Below, one piece after another: positions 53,212-62,929 of a DNA stretch of 64,000 bases. The stretch covers positions 512,001-576,000 of the forward strand of contig CAVXWP010000009.1 of NCBI GenBank assembly GCA_963765495.1. The letters are read 5' to 3'. Each line of letters opens with the position of its first letter. Position 1 is the first letter of the stretch. Origin of the DNA: Blastocatellia bacterium. Its GTDB lineage: Bacteria > Acidobacteriota > Blastocatellia > UBA7656. The translations under genes were made by a program, and so were the position numbers. The notes under the pieces are model-generated. The model saw nothing but the letters and a program-made list of their open reading frames with translations. It made no database searches and had not been told where the DNA came from.

Positions 53212-53383
53212 AAAAGGGTAAGGGGAACAGAACCCATGATATCAGCAGTCCTATTCCGAGGAACGAGCCAAATATCTTGAGTCCGTGGATAAAGCGCTCG
53301 CGATTGGTTTCCGATCTGGGCTCTATTGTGGCCAGGACCGTGGCGGCGATGGCGGAGTAAAGCATCATCATCAGAACGTGCAT
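53210..53383 (-). CDS. Small two-TM membrane protein (57 aa; not in the ORF track)
   Basis: MHVLMMMLYSAIAATVLATIEPRSETNRERFIHGLKIFGSFLGIGLLISWVLFPLPF; TGATG coupling to the upstream gene. Confidence 0.7.
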   Translation of the reverse strand: MHVLMMMLYSAIAATVLATIEPRSETNRERFIHGLKIFGSFLGIGLLISWVLFPLPF

Positions 53384-53862
53384 CAGCGCTTCCTCCCTGC
53401 CGCTATATCATAAGCGTCATAGGCAACAAGGTAATTCAACAAACCCGCCAGAAAGGTGAACGTGTTGCCGTATTCGAAGGTCGCCGCCTGCGGTTGGTAA
53501 TGTGTTCCGAATCCTGTGATATAGGAAATACCGTAACAGAGTCCCGATCCGATTTGAGCGAAAAACCACAGCACCGAAATCAAATCGACGCTGAAGGTTG
53601 AGGGCGGTTCGGCCGCCGCAGGCCAGAACAAGCGGCCGTGGATGGCCAGCCCTAAGACGAATGTCCCGACAAGCAATCCAAAAAACAGGAGCGCCCGCCC
53701 GTAGCGGCCTAAGATGAGGTGTCCCGCGCCGGGTACGAGCCACGCCACTAAGGGGGCTGTTGCCTGCATAGCCTTCGAGTACGGCTTGAGAGTTTCGGTT
53801 GGATACCGGCGATCCGGGTAAGGACTTACGACCGGGTCGCTCGCGCTGTCTGTAGTCTGCAA
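53383..53862 (-). CDS. Hypothetical membrane protein
   Basis: AWLVPGAGH..LGR..R; EYGN.F..LAGLLNYL..YDAY; hydrophobic helices; start uncertain. Confidence 0.75.
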   Translation of the reverse strand: MQTTDSASDPVVSPYPDRRYPTETLKPYSKAMQATAPLVAWLVPGAGHLILGRYGRALLFFGLLVGTFVLGLAIHGRLFWPAAAEPPSTFSVDLISVLWFFAQIGSGLCYGISYITGFGTHYQPQAATFEYGNTFTFLAGLLNYLVAYDAYDIAAGRKR

Positions 53863-54138
53863 TTATGCGCTCCTTTGCGAGTCTTTAGTAAAGAATATTC
53901 TAGGTGTGCGCCGCAAACAGTGTCAAGCAATCGCTCACCCGTGTAACTTGCATTTGACGAACGGCTTCCGCTATGATGGAACTATCTTAAAATATTAGAG
54001 AAAGGTCGAATCTCAAGATCAATATGAGACTCATCGTGAGCCAAGTCTCACGAATAATCGAAGCCGGTCCTCCAGCGGGTTGATGTCAGCCGATAAGGGC
54101 TGGTCATTCTCCCGCCTACGCCTTAAAGGAGGTGAAAG

Positions 54139-54411
54139 ATGGGAGAGAAAATGACCAATCGCCAGGTGCTCAAATTCAAAGCAGAAATTCTGACCGATGC
54201 GGAAATCGCAGAAGTCCTCGATTACATTATGATCATGGAGTCATTGCGCGAGCAGGCCACGAAGCCCGATCTGTTTGATGACGAGCTTGTGAACATGTTG
54301 GCCGATGCGCTCGAAAATCGCAGAGCGCGCGGCGTGGCCGAATGGGACCGCGTGAGGCGCAGAGCCGATAACCGCGCAACTTTGTTTGCCACCGCGAGAA
54401 AGTCTGTCTGA
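54139..54411 (+). CDS. Small hypothetical protein
   Basis: Strong AAGGAGGTG RBS; 90 aa, helical. Confidence 0.7.
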   Translation: MGEKMTNRQVLKFKAEILTDAEIAEVLDYIMIMESLREQATKPDLFDDELVNMLADALENRRARGVAEWDRVRRRADNRATLFATARKSV

Positions 54412-54443
54412 GAAAGTCTGTCTGAGAAAGTCTGTCTGAGAAA
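54396..54443. repeat. 14-bp tandem repeat (three copies plus partial) spanning a stop codon
   Basis: (gagaaagtctgtct)x3 followed by gagaaa. Confidence 0.9.
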
Positions 54444-54476
54444 TTCTCTCTAGCGCGCATCAGAGGATAAAGGTCG

Positions 54477-55316
54477 TTGCAATCCACCTTGCGATCAACT
54501 ATCAACTCAACCATCATAGCTCTCCTGATTTCGATCTTCTCTTTCAGCGGGGCGAGCCGGGTAGCCGCTCACCCGTCAAACATCCAACAATCTGACGAAT
54601 CGGTCGAAATAGCTCGCCTCACGCGCGCGCTCAATTCCGCAGAAGAAGACGAACGTCTCGGCGCGGTGCTGAATCTGGCGGCTACTGGAAGCCCGGCGGC
54701 TGTGCCTGCGCTCACCCGGTCTGCCAACGATTCGTCAGGCCTTGTGCGAGCGGCAGCGATTGACGGACTAAGCCTGCTGGCAGATGCAAGCGTCATCCCA
54801 CTGGTGGCCACCCACCTCACCACAGACAAGGATGTGATGGTTCGAAAGACGTCCGCTTATGCGCTTGGCAAGTTGCAAAGCCGGATAGACCGAAATCAGG
54901 CGCTCACGCCTTCCGAGCCTCGCCAGGCGACTCCTGCGCTTGTCGCCTCGCTAAATGACAAAAAGGATGAAGTGCGGGGCGCGGCTGCCGTGGCGCTCGG
55001 AGAATATAAAGATCGAGCGGCGGTTGAACCTCTTACGCGTTCGCTCAAAGATAAATCCGATTTCGTCCGCGCCTACGCAGCCCACGCTCTTGGAGTCAAT
55101 GGGCGCGCATCGGCACAGGCTGTCCCGATGCTGGTCAATCTACTAAGATCCGATCAGAACCTGAAGGTAAAACGCGAAGCCGCAGTCGCACTTGGATTGA
55201 TAGGCGACGGTTCGGCCTTGTCCGCGCTAAAAGAAGCGCAGATAAGCGATGACCCATACCTGAGCCGCGCCGCGCTCGAAGCGATTGAAAAGATCGAAAA
55301 ACCGGCCCCAAAATAG
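54477..55316 (+). CDS. Secreted HEAT-repeat protein
   Basis: Signal-like N-terminus; repeats VR.AAA.ALG...D..AV..L. Confidence 0.8.
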   Translation: MQSTLRSTINSTIIALLISIFSFSGASRVAAHPSNIQQSDESVEIARLTRALNSAEEDERLGAVLNLAATGSPAAVPALTRSANDSSGLVRAAAIDGLSLLADASVIPLVATHLTTDKDVMVRKTSAYALGKLQSRIDRNQALTPSEPRQATPALVASLNDKKDEVRGAAAVALGEYKDRAAVEPLTRSLKDKSDFVRAYAAHALGVNGRASAQAVPMLVNLLRSDQNLKVKREAAVALGLIGDGSALSALKEAQISDDPYLSRAALEAIEKIEKPAPK

Positions 55317-55325
55317 ACTCCTTTT

Positions 55326-55387
55326 TTTGACAGGATAAACAGGATTTTTTCAAACCGATTTTTAGAAACCCTGTTTATCCTGTCAAA
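55326..55387. repeat. Family C palindrome
   Basis: tttgacaggataaacagg...ccctgtttatcctgtcaaa. Confidence 0.75.
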
Positions 55388-55510
55388 GTCTCTCTCTAAA
55401 GCCTTCGAATCCCTAGCGCCAATCCTTACCGAGTTGACGTATTTTGAAATGGGGTAATAGAATTCCTGCATCGATTGTTTGTGGTTTACTGGAAATAGCA
55501 GGAGAACTTT

Positions 55511-57052
55511 ATGCCATCATCGTCTCGTTCGACAAAGCTACTAACCGACCTCCAGCGCGCCGACCGGCTCAAAGGCGAGATTGCCGATTTTGCGACTGCC
55601 GGCCCGCTCTCTCAGGAATATGAGCGCCACCAGAAGTTGATCTTCGGCCTGTCGCACCCGCAAGGCGAGAACGAAGAGGAGAGCGTGCTTGACTGGTTTT
55701 TGTTCGAATGGTTTGACGACAACGGCGAAGGAGTGATCGAACATTTTCTGACATCGAAAGATGACATTGATGAAAAAGACCGCGACATCCTGGTTGAATG
55801 GGAAGATTCGATCAACAGCATATTCGAGATTCGCTCGCTTGATAAAAATGCGCTTCGCCTTCGCGACCTCGAAAGCCACGACCACTTCAACGTGCGCACA
55901 ATAACCGATCTGCTGAGTGAAACGCCTTTCGAGCGAGGCCAGTTCATCGCGGCTCGTCTATTACCTTTTGGCGACGCCTTTATATTTGCCGGGCCGCAGT
56001 TCATCCTGCCCGACCGCGAATCGGCTGTCGAGGCGCTTGAGATGTGTAACGCGCTGGACGACATAGGCTCGCCCGAATCCATAGAGCAAGCCCAGCAGGA
56101 GCAATGCGAAGCCTTCTGCGAGGTCTTTGGATGCAAGGAACTCACCATCGCGCCGGAGGAACTCACCCCGACGCTTGAACGGTTGCAGAACTACATGTTT
56201 TTCGAGCGCCGCGACCCGGAAACGAAGATGACGATGGCCGAAACATTCCAGGCTAAATTCGGCGTCGAGCTTCAGATTCTCGATATGCCGCCCCTGCCCG
56301 ACCAGCCTATGGGCGCGGGCGATGTGACAATTCTGTGCGACGAGTTCGACGGAATAGTCGTGCTGCCCGATTACAATAAATTCAAGCGCGTATTTGAGAC
56401 AGACCGGCCTGAAAAAGCGGTGCCTGACTGGGAAGAACTGGTATGGAACTACATCAAAGACCCCGATATACCAATCGTCGCGTTTGAGCGCGTGGCCGAG
56501 CGTGAGCCCGCCCGCGTTCAAAAAATTCTGGCCACGCTTCTCGAAGATAAAGATTTTTCGATAGAGCACCTCTACGCGGTGCTGCTGCATTACAAAGAGC
56601 CGGTCGAAGGTCTGAATGAACTTAAAGACGATGAGCGTTTATGGGATCTCTTCGACGGCAATAATGATTCTGCGTCACCGGGAAAGAAGTCGGCCTCAAA
56701 GGCTAAATTGAAAACCAACGGCAAGAGCCCGGCCCCGGTTAAAAAGAGCACAGCCGGGAATCCGGCTACAAAAGCCGCGAAGAGCGCGAAAGGCGTTTCC
56801 CGCTCGAAGACCGGCGGGAAATCTGAATCTGCAAAATCCAAAACTACAAATTCCAAAACTACAAATTCCAAAACTACAAATTCCAAAACTACAAATTCTA
56901 AATCTGCAAAGGCTGTAATATCGGCCAAAGCACCTGCGCTCAAGAGCGCGAAAAAGGCTACGGCGGCAAAAACAGTCGGCGCAGCCAGGAAAGTGGCGGC
57001 ATCCGGCGGCAAGGCTCAGACTCGCAAAAAAGCCCCGGCAAAAAAACGATGA
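55511..57052 (+). CDS. Hypothetical protein: acidic globular region plus Lys/Ala-rich histone-like tail
   Basis: 513-aa ORF with AGGAG RBS; last ~125 aa rich in K/A/S/T. Confidence 0.75.
   Translation: MPSSSRSTKLLTDLQRADRLKGEIADFATAGPLSQEYERHQKLIFGLSHPQGENEEESVLDWFLFEWFDDNGEGVIEHFLTSKDDIDEKDRDILVEWEDSINSIFEIRSLDKNALRLRDLESHDHFNVRTITDLLSETPFERGQFIAARLLPFGDAFIFAGPQFILPDRESAVEALEMCNALDDIGSPESIEQAQQEQCEAFCEVFGCKELTIAPEELTPTLERLQNYMFFERRDPETKMTMAETFQAKFGVELQILDMPPLPDQPMGAGDVTILCDEFDGIVVLPDYNKFKRVFETDRPEKAVPDWEELVWNYIKDPDIPIVAFERVAEREPARVQKILATLLEDKDFSIEHLYAVLLHYKEPVEGLNELKDDERLWDLFDGNNDSASPGKKSASKAKLKTNGKSPAPVKKSTAGNPATKAAKSAKGVSRSKTGGKSESAKSKTTNSKTTNSKTTNSKTTNSKSAKAVISAKAPALKSAKKATAAKTVGAARKVAASGGKAQTRKKAPAKKR
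56837..56896. repeat. 15-bp in-frame tandem repeat x4 (SKTTN)
   Basis: (tccaaaactacaaat)x4. Confidence 0.9.
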
Positions 57053-57750
57053 GGCTTTCCGACTGCATAGCAGATTTCATCACAAGGGCGAAGCATCAAA
57101 AACTCTCCGGTAATACCTCCGCCGACAAAAGCATCCACGCTCTTGAGTTGTTTAATTCTTATTGTTCTGCCGTCAGCGCAAACGATTCAAACAATATTAG
57201 TTCGGCCCTTGTGCGAGACTTCGCGCGATGGTACATCGAAGAAACAGGCGATTCCGAACATTCTCCATTAGAGCCTCAAACCCTGCTTGATTCGCTCGCG
57301 GATTTCCTCAGGCAGGCAGGCGAGCAGACAGACATAAAAATCGCGCAGGAGTGCAGGCCGGTGATTTCGGAGCTTAACGAGAGCCTGCCTCGGGCGATAG
57401 AGATAACCCGCGCGTTTGCCGATTATCTTAGCGAGCACCGGGGCGCGTTTTCTTTCCCTGAATTTCTTACATCGTTTGAAGAGGGCGGCCACAGCCAGTA
57501 CGACATTGGCCCCGGCGGAGAGGCGGCGGCGCTTGAAGGCTACTTTCGCATTGCGCGTGTGGAGGCGAATTTGATCGAGGCGGAAGACCTGATTACGGAA
57601 GAGCGAGTGTGGCCGGTAAATGTGCCCGACGAAGTGGCCCGATTGCTGAGACCCGATTACATAATCAATCTGGAAATTATCAGGACGCGGCAGGGATGGG
57701 AGGTCGCGGGCGGCGGCTTCGCATATCCGCCGCGCACCGCGATCATTTGA
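57049..57750 (+). CDS. Hypothetical protein, translationally coupled to the upstream gene
   Basis: ATGA overlap; helical N-terminal domain and beta-rich C-terminal domain. Confidence 0.7.
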   Translation: MRLSDCIADFITRAKHQKLSGNTSADKSIHALELFNSYCSAVSANDSNNISSALVRDFARWYIEETGDSEHSPLEPQTLLDSLADFLRQAGEQTDIKIAQECRPVISELNESLPRAIEITRAFADYLSEHRGAFSFPEFLTSFEEGGHSQYDIGPGGEAAALEGYFRIARVEANLIEAEDLITEERVWPVNVPDEVARLLRPDYIINLEIIRTRQGWEVAGGGFAYPPRTAII

Positions 57751-57808
57751 GAAGCTCAAAGCCAGTCGATCAGAACCATTCTGTTTCGTTCAGGAATGAA
57801 AAATATTC

Positions 57809-57872
57809 GCCACAGAGACACAAAGACACAGAGATTTTCAATCTTTTCTCTGTGCCTTTGTGTCTCTGCGGC
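57809..57872. repeat. Family G palindrome (ACACAAAG/ACACAGAG units)
   Basis: gccacagagacacaaagacacagag...ctctgtgcctttgtgtctctgcggc. Confidence 0.8.
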
Positions 57873-57880
57873 TACTGCCA

Positions 57881-58453
57881 TTATCTCTGCTGGCGATAAA
57901 GCGCCTTATCAACTACGCCCGCCATGTCCTGCGCGTTCAGGCTGCCTTCCAGGAATTGATCTATCTTCTCGATGTGTTGTCCCGGATTCTTCAGGACTTC
58001 GTTGTAATTCACATAGAGGGTTTCCATGTTTGCTTGTTTTCCGAGCCAGGCTTCGATGTCGCGCAGATGTTTATTAAACATCTCGGCCATTCGCTCATCG
58101 CTCACGGCATCCGTAGGCTCGCCTCTTCGAATGAGCATCGCTCGTTGAGAATCGAGTATCTCTTGCATGTTTCTGCGCATGAAAATGAGCTTGTAATTGT
58201 GATTCTCGGGCAGGTGTTTGAGCAGAGCCGAGATGATCTTGACGACTTTGCCACGGGCTTCCGGGAGCCAGTCTTTATCTTTTGGCAGTTCCTTGACCCT
58301 CTCGAATTCGTAGTAGCCCTTCGGATTGCTCTCGTCGGCTTTTCTAATGTTGTCGGTCAGCGCCTGCAATCCGCCCGCGACAAGCATCTTCATCATCATC
58401 GAAGTGCCCGAACGAGGCAATCCCGACACTACGATTATCGAATCTCGATCCAT
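57881..58453 (-). CDS. Sulfotransferase-family P-loop protein
   Basis: SGLPRSGTSMMM PAPS-binding loop; NPKGYYE. Confidence 0.75.
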   Translation of the reverse strand: MDRDSIIVVSGLPRSGTSMMMKMLVAGGLQALTDNIRKADESNPKGYYEFERVKELPKDKDWLPEARGKVVKIISALLKHLPENHNYKLIFMRRNMQEILDSQRAMLIRRGEPTDAVSDERMAEMFNKHLRDIEAWLGKQANMETLYVNYNEVLKNPGQHIEKIDQFLEGSLNAQDMAGVVDKALYRQQR

Positions 58454-58492
58454 GAATTCTCTCCTTGTGAAAGCAGGTAATGAGGGGGCGTC

Positions 58493-58933
58493 TTACTCAT
58501 CCTCGTTGATTATCTCAAATCGCATCGAGATGTCGGATGCGGCGGAAAGCATGGCCGAGACGCTGCAATATTTCGTTTCCGACAATTCGATGGCATGGGC
58601 TACGGCCTTCGGATCAATCGAGTAACCGCGAACGTAATGAATCACTTCGATGCTGGTGTAGATGCGCGGATGTTCGTCGCGGCGATGGCCCCGCACTTCG
58701 ATCTCGTAGCCGGTCACGCGCTGTCTTTTCTTCTCCAGAATCCCGGTCACATCCGCCCCCGTGCAGCCGCCAAGCGCGATCAGCACAAGCTCCATAGGCG
58801 TGGGCGCGGATTCGTTTTCGTGAGCAAATCCTGTGACCATAGCGTGATTGCTCGGCGATTTGGCCACGAACTGTTCAGCGCCCGTGTAGCGGAGCCGGGC
58901 TACCTTCAATTCAGTTTTGACTTCTTCGGACAT
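58493..58933 (-). CDS. OsmC family protein
   Basis: PMELVL.ALGGC; KYCSV. Confidence 0.88.
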   Translation of the reverse strand: MSEEVKTELKVARLRYTGAEQFVAKSPSNHAMVTGFAHENESAPTPMELVLIALGGCTGADVTGILEKKRQRVTGYEIEVRGHRRDEHPRIYTSIEVIHYVRGYSIDPKAVAHAIELSETKYCSVSAMLSAASDISMRFEIINEDE

Positions 58934-59035
58934 AAATCACCTCTGTTATCGAATTTGCCGAATTGTGTAAATTTCCGGCCAGGGGTAAATGATAGCACCG
59001 CAACAGGCGGGTCGAAAAGCAGAGGCACTACAGGG

Positions 59036-59077
59036 GGATTTGGGATTTGAGATTTGAGAACCGAGATTCGAATCTCA
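59036..59077. repeat. Short GATTTG(A/G) heptamer run
   Basis: gggatttgggatttgagatttgaga...aatctca. Confidence 0.5.
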
Positions 59078-59093
59078 GGTCCGATAGCGCCGA

Positions 59094-60890
59094 TCATCCG
59101 AGCAGTATTTCTGCCGGTTCTTCCTTTCCAAACTGGATATCGTAGAGCCGGGAATAGAGGCCGCCAACTGCAAGCAACTCTTCGTGAGTGCCGCGTTCGA
59201 CCACCATGCCTTCGTCAATCACGAATATCACATCGGCTCGACGGATGGTCGCCAGCCTGTGCGCTATAACTATGGAAGTCTTCTCTTCCATCAAACGGTT
59301 GAGCGCGTCAAAGACCAGCTCTTCGGAAGCCGCATCGAGCCCTGAGGTAGGCTCGTCAAGTATCAGTATAGGCGTGTTACGGATTATGGCGCGGGCTATG
59401 GCTATTCGCTGGCGCTGGCCGCCCGAAAGCGTCACGCCGCGCTCGCCCACCATAGTAGCGTAGCCTTCGGGCAATTTCTCGATAAACTCGGCAGCGTTGG
59501 CAAGTTCGGCGGCGCGAATGATCTCTCGGCGCGTGGCTTCCGCTCTCCCGTAAGCGATGTTCTGCCAGATGGGTGCGCGAAAGAGCAAATTCTCTTGCAG
59601 CACGAAGCTGACCTGCTGGCGAAGCGATTTCAGCTTATAGCCGCGCACATCGCGCCCGTCGATCTTCACCTGCCCCGAAACCGGATCGTAAAAACGCGGT
59701 ATCAGGCTGATGATCGTGCTTTTTCCCGCACCCGTAGGGCCTACGAAAGCGGCTATCTGGCCGGGCTTGATATCAAAGCTTACGTCCTTGAGTATCGGGC
59801 GGTCCTCATCATACCCGAACCCTACGCGATTGAACTCTATCTCGCCTTTGAATCGGCGAGCCCACCGCGCGCCCGGCAGATTTCGCACCTGCCGCTCGGT
59901 TTCAAGCACCTCTTTTATGCGCTCAAATCCGACCGCGCTCTTCGAGAGCGTGTCGGTCATCTTCGACAGTTCACGCATAGGCTTGTACATCTTGCCGAGA
60001 TAGAGAAAGAAGACCAGCAACGCGCCCGTCGAAATCTGGCCCGAGATTACAAGCCGCGCGCCGTACCAGAGCACAAGACAGGTTCCGGCAGCGACAATGA
60101 CCTCGACCAGGGGCGAAAGCTTCGCCTTGATGCTGCGAGCGCGCAGGGCCATCTCTACGCTCTCCAGACTCTGCTGCTCGAACCTTTGCTCTTCGTAATC
60201 TTCACGGGCAAACGCCTGAACCACCCGCATGGATGAAAAGACTTCTGACACCGTGGAAACGACTTCGCCCTCTTTTTTCCTGACTTCGCGCGAGGCCTTC
60301 TTGATGCGGTGCGTGAAACTGTAGACTACTAAAAAGAGCGCGGGCGCGACCGATAGCGCGATCAATGTAAACTGCCAGTTCAGATAAAACATGACCGCGA
60401 GCATCCCGACAAGCGTCAGCACATTCACAACTATCCCGAGCAGCGCCGAGGAGATAAAACTTTGAATCGCGTCGATGTCGCTTGTGACCCGGCTGATCAA
60501 ATCGCCCGTTTTTTTATTGTCGTGATAGGCAAGCCCGAGCCGCTGGATGTGATGATAAAGCGTGCTTCTGAGATCGTGCATAACCCACTGGCCGACGCTC
60601 GTTGTAAGGAAGTTTTCCGTGTAGGAACTGACGGCGCTCACAAGCGCAATCATCAGGACCGCAATCGCCGCGAAATTCAGGATAGCCAGTTTGTCCTGAC
60701 CTGGAGTCGAGTTTACGAAACCGGCCAGCCACTCCGGCATCTGTTTTGAGCCCAGCACATTATCGAAGACTATCTTCAGGGGCCAGGGCTCAAGCAGATC
60801 GGTCAGGCTTTCGCCTATGACTGCGATAAATGCGATGCCGAGTGTTTTCCAGTGAGGCCGCAGAAGCTCATAGATACGAATTTTTTTCAT
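59094..60890 (-). CDS. ABC exporter, fused permease/ATPase (MsbA-like)
   Basis: TM domain; GPTGAGKS; LSGGQRQR; ILDEPT; AHRL; start uncertain. Confidence 0.9.
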   Translation of the reverse strand: MKKIRIYELLRPHWKTLGIAFIAVIGESLTDLLEPWPLKIVFDNVLGSKQMPEWLAGFVNSTPGQDKLAILNFAAIAVLMIALVSAVSSYTENFLTTSVGQWVMHDLRSTLYHHIQRLGLAYHDNKKTGDLISRVTSDIDAIQSFISSALLGIVVNVLTLVGMLAVMFYLNWQFTLIALSVAPALFLVVYSFTHRIKKASREVRKKEGEVVSTVSEVFSSMRVVQAFAREDYEEQRFEQQSLESVEMALRARSIKAKLSPLVEVIVAAGTCLVLWYGARLVISGQISTGALLVFFLYLGKMYKPMRELSKMTDTLSKSAVGFERIKEVLETERQVRNLPGARWARRFKGEIEFNRVGFGYDEDRPILKDVSFDIKPGQIAAFVGPTGAGKSTIISLIPRFYDPVSGQVKIDGRDVRGYKLKSLRQQVSFVLQENLLFRAPIWQNIAYGRAEATRREIIRAAELANAAEFIEKLPEGYATMVGERGVTLSGGQRQRIAIARAIIRNTPILILDEPTSGLDAASEELVFDALNRLMEEKTSIVIAHRLATIRRADVIFVIDEGMVVERGTHEELLAVGGLYSRLYDIQFGKEEPAEILLG

Positions 60891-60982
60891 CGAGGGGTGC
60901 GGATAAACCGCCGTTTGCTCCGAATTGTGCGTCCACTTATTGATTGAAACACAGGGCTCACGGTTTAGCAATCAAAGCGCTG

Positions 60983-61071
60983 GTGATGCGGGGTGCGTGA
61001 TGCGTGATGTTCAGAAAGATAGCTGTTATCAGCAGGCTGCCTACTTTCACGAATCACGAATCACGAATCAC
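60983..61071. repeat. Family B element
   Basis: gtgatgcg...gcgtgatgcgtgat ... (tcacgaa)x3 tcac. Confidence 0.8.
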
Positions 61072-61076
61072 ATCTC

Positions 61077-62375
61077 TCAAATCTCTTGAAATCTAGCCCA
61101 TAGCTTCCGGCTCGCCTTGCGCGCCCGGTCATAAAGATTGCCCGCGTCAAAAGTAAATCGCCTGTCTCTGATGATGAATCGCCCGTTTACCATAACACTC
61201 TCCACTGCCGCCGAAGTCTGGGCAAACGCAAAATGCCAGGCAAGATTCTCTGATGCAACCGGCGTAGGCGATGCGTAGTCGAGAACTACGAGATCGGCCA
61301 CGGCCCCTTCGCAAAGATTGCCGATCTCAAGGCCAAAGAGTTCGGAGGCCATTCGCTGATTGTTATGAAGCACTCTGAGCCAGTAAGCAGCGTCGAGGCT
61401 CGCCCGCTCGTCGCGCCCTTTGAAGAAAGCGTATCGAGCCTCTTCAAACATATCCGCGCCGATGCCGTCTGTGCCAAGCGCCATACGTTCGCCGAATTTT
61501 TCAACCGGCGCATAACCTACTCGATTGTTCATGTTCGAGCGAGGATTATGAGCAAACCACACGCTCCGGCTGCGAGCTATATCAATATCGCGGTCGCTCA
61601 AATGCGTGCCGTGCGCGAGGATGGTCCGATCATTGAGCGCACAGTGTTTATCGAGGCGCTCGACTACGCCGAGGCCGTACCTTCTGCGAGCATCTTCGAC
61701 ATCGCATAAATCTTCGGCCACGTGAATGTGAAGCCCTGTCTTATAGGCGCGCATCAATTCGGCGCAGGCGGCAAGAGATCGGTCTTCAAGCGTGAACGAA
61801 GCGTGCGCGCCTACAAGCCCGCGAAACATATCCGACCCCGCAGACCATTCAATGAAAGCGCGATTCTCTTCGATCCCTTCATCGCGCAGCTTCGGCCCGC
61901 CCCTGTCCGTCACCTCGTAACAGAGCGCGCCGCGAAGCCCCACTTCTGAAATCGCCTCGCGCAGAATCTGGAGCGATCCTCTTATATGCGAAGGCGAAGC
62001 GTGATGATCAAACAGACAGGTAGCGCCTGATCTCGCCGCATCGAGCGCACCTGCAATCGCGCTCCAATAGATCGTCTCTTCATCGAGCGCGCAATCCAGC
62101 CGCCACCAGACCAGTTCCAGTATCTCTCTGAAATCAGAGGGCGTTTGAGGGGGCGCGGGCATACCGCGAGCGAGAGCCGAATAAAGATGCGTGTGAGCGC
62201 AAACCATTCCGGGCATCAGCAACCGCCCGTCGAGCGTGATTACCTCTTCGCCCGCACGCGGCTCAAGGCTCAACCCTCGCTCTGTAATTCGCCCGCCTGA
62301 AACGCGCAAATCCGCGCGTTCAAGCGCAACCGGGTCGAGGGTTACGAGCGTGGCCGATTTGAAAAGAGTAGACAT
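61077..62375 (-). CDS. Amidohydrolase, SsnA-like
   Basis: CAHTHLYS, DHHAS, HIHVAE, HNPRSNMNN and GTDG motifs. Confidence 0.85.
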   Translation of the reverse strand: MSTLFKSATLVTLDPVALERADLRVSGGRITERGLSLEPRAGEEVITLDGRLLMPGMVCAHTHLYSALARGMPAPPQTPSDFREILELVWWRLDCALDEETIYWSAIAGALDAARSGATCLFDHHASPSHIRGSLQILREAISEVGLRGALCYEVTDRGGPKLRDEGIEENRAFIEWSAGSDMFRGLVGAHASFTLEDRSLAACAELMRAYKTGLHIHVAEDLCDVEDARRRYGLGVVERLDKHCALNDRTILAHGTHLSDRDIDIARSRSVWFAHNPRSNMNNRVGYAPVEKFGERMALGTDGIGADMFEEARYAFFKGRDERASLDAAYWLRVLHNNQRMASELFGLEIGNLCEGAVADLVVLDYASPTPVASENLAWHFAFAQTSAAVESVMVNGRFIIRDRRFTFDAGNLYDRARKASRKLWARFQEI

Positions 62376-62386
62376 TTACAATCGAA

Positions 62387-62863
62387 TCAGCCGGCAGCCC
62401 ACTTTTTCAGGAAAGCCGAGAATTTTTCAAGGTCATAAGACTTGCCTGCTTCGAGCAGTCCGGTGTCCTGCGAATGGAGCAGTTTGCCGTCCCGGTCGAG
62501 AACGAATATGTGCGGATAGCCTTTTATCTCAGGATAGCGCTTGAGCACCACTTCGTTCTTGTTCTCGGGGCTGAAGTTGATTTTCACCATGATGAAATTC
62601 TTTTCCCTGAACTCGAGCAGTTCGGGATGCTCTTCGAAATAACGATCCATCGTATGACACCAACTGCACCATTCGCCGCCGACTTCGAGCAGTATGCGTT
62701 TGTTCATCATTTTGGCATCAGCAACTGCATCGCGAATATCTTTATCCGCGTTTCTCGCGGGATCATATTTCGCCACCGGGACATAATTCTGCGCGAATGC
62801 GTTTAGAGAGAGAGCCCCAATAAAAAGAACGAGGCATGACAAAAGCAATCTATTCACAATCAT
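62387..62863 (-). CDS. Secreted thioredoxin-family protein
   Basis: Signal peptide; WCSWC; GYP. Confidence 0.85.
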   Translation of the reverse strand: MIVNRLLLSCLVLFIGALSLNAFAQNYVPVAKYDPARNADKDIRDAVADAKMMNKRILLEVGGEWCSWCHTMDRYFEEHPELLEFREKNFIMVKINFSPENKNEVVLKRYPEIKGYPHIFVLDRDGKLLHSQDTGLLEAGKSYDLEKFSAFLKKWAAG

Positions 62864-62929
62864 ACTCCTTCCGTATTTCCTTTCGGGCTGATGAATTGAT
62901 TATACACCTGAGAATCTTTTTCGCTCTGG

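Noticed and set aside
54396-54443. Direct repeats as a possible CRISPR array (also the heptamer runs)
   Set aside because: Units are contiguous without unique spacers and too short; no cas genes
57049-57750. Calling this a phage integrase or prophage boundary
   Set aside because: No R-H-R-Y catalytic domain, att site or phage genes nearby
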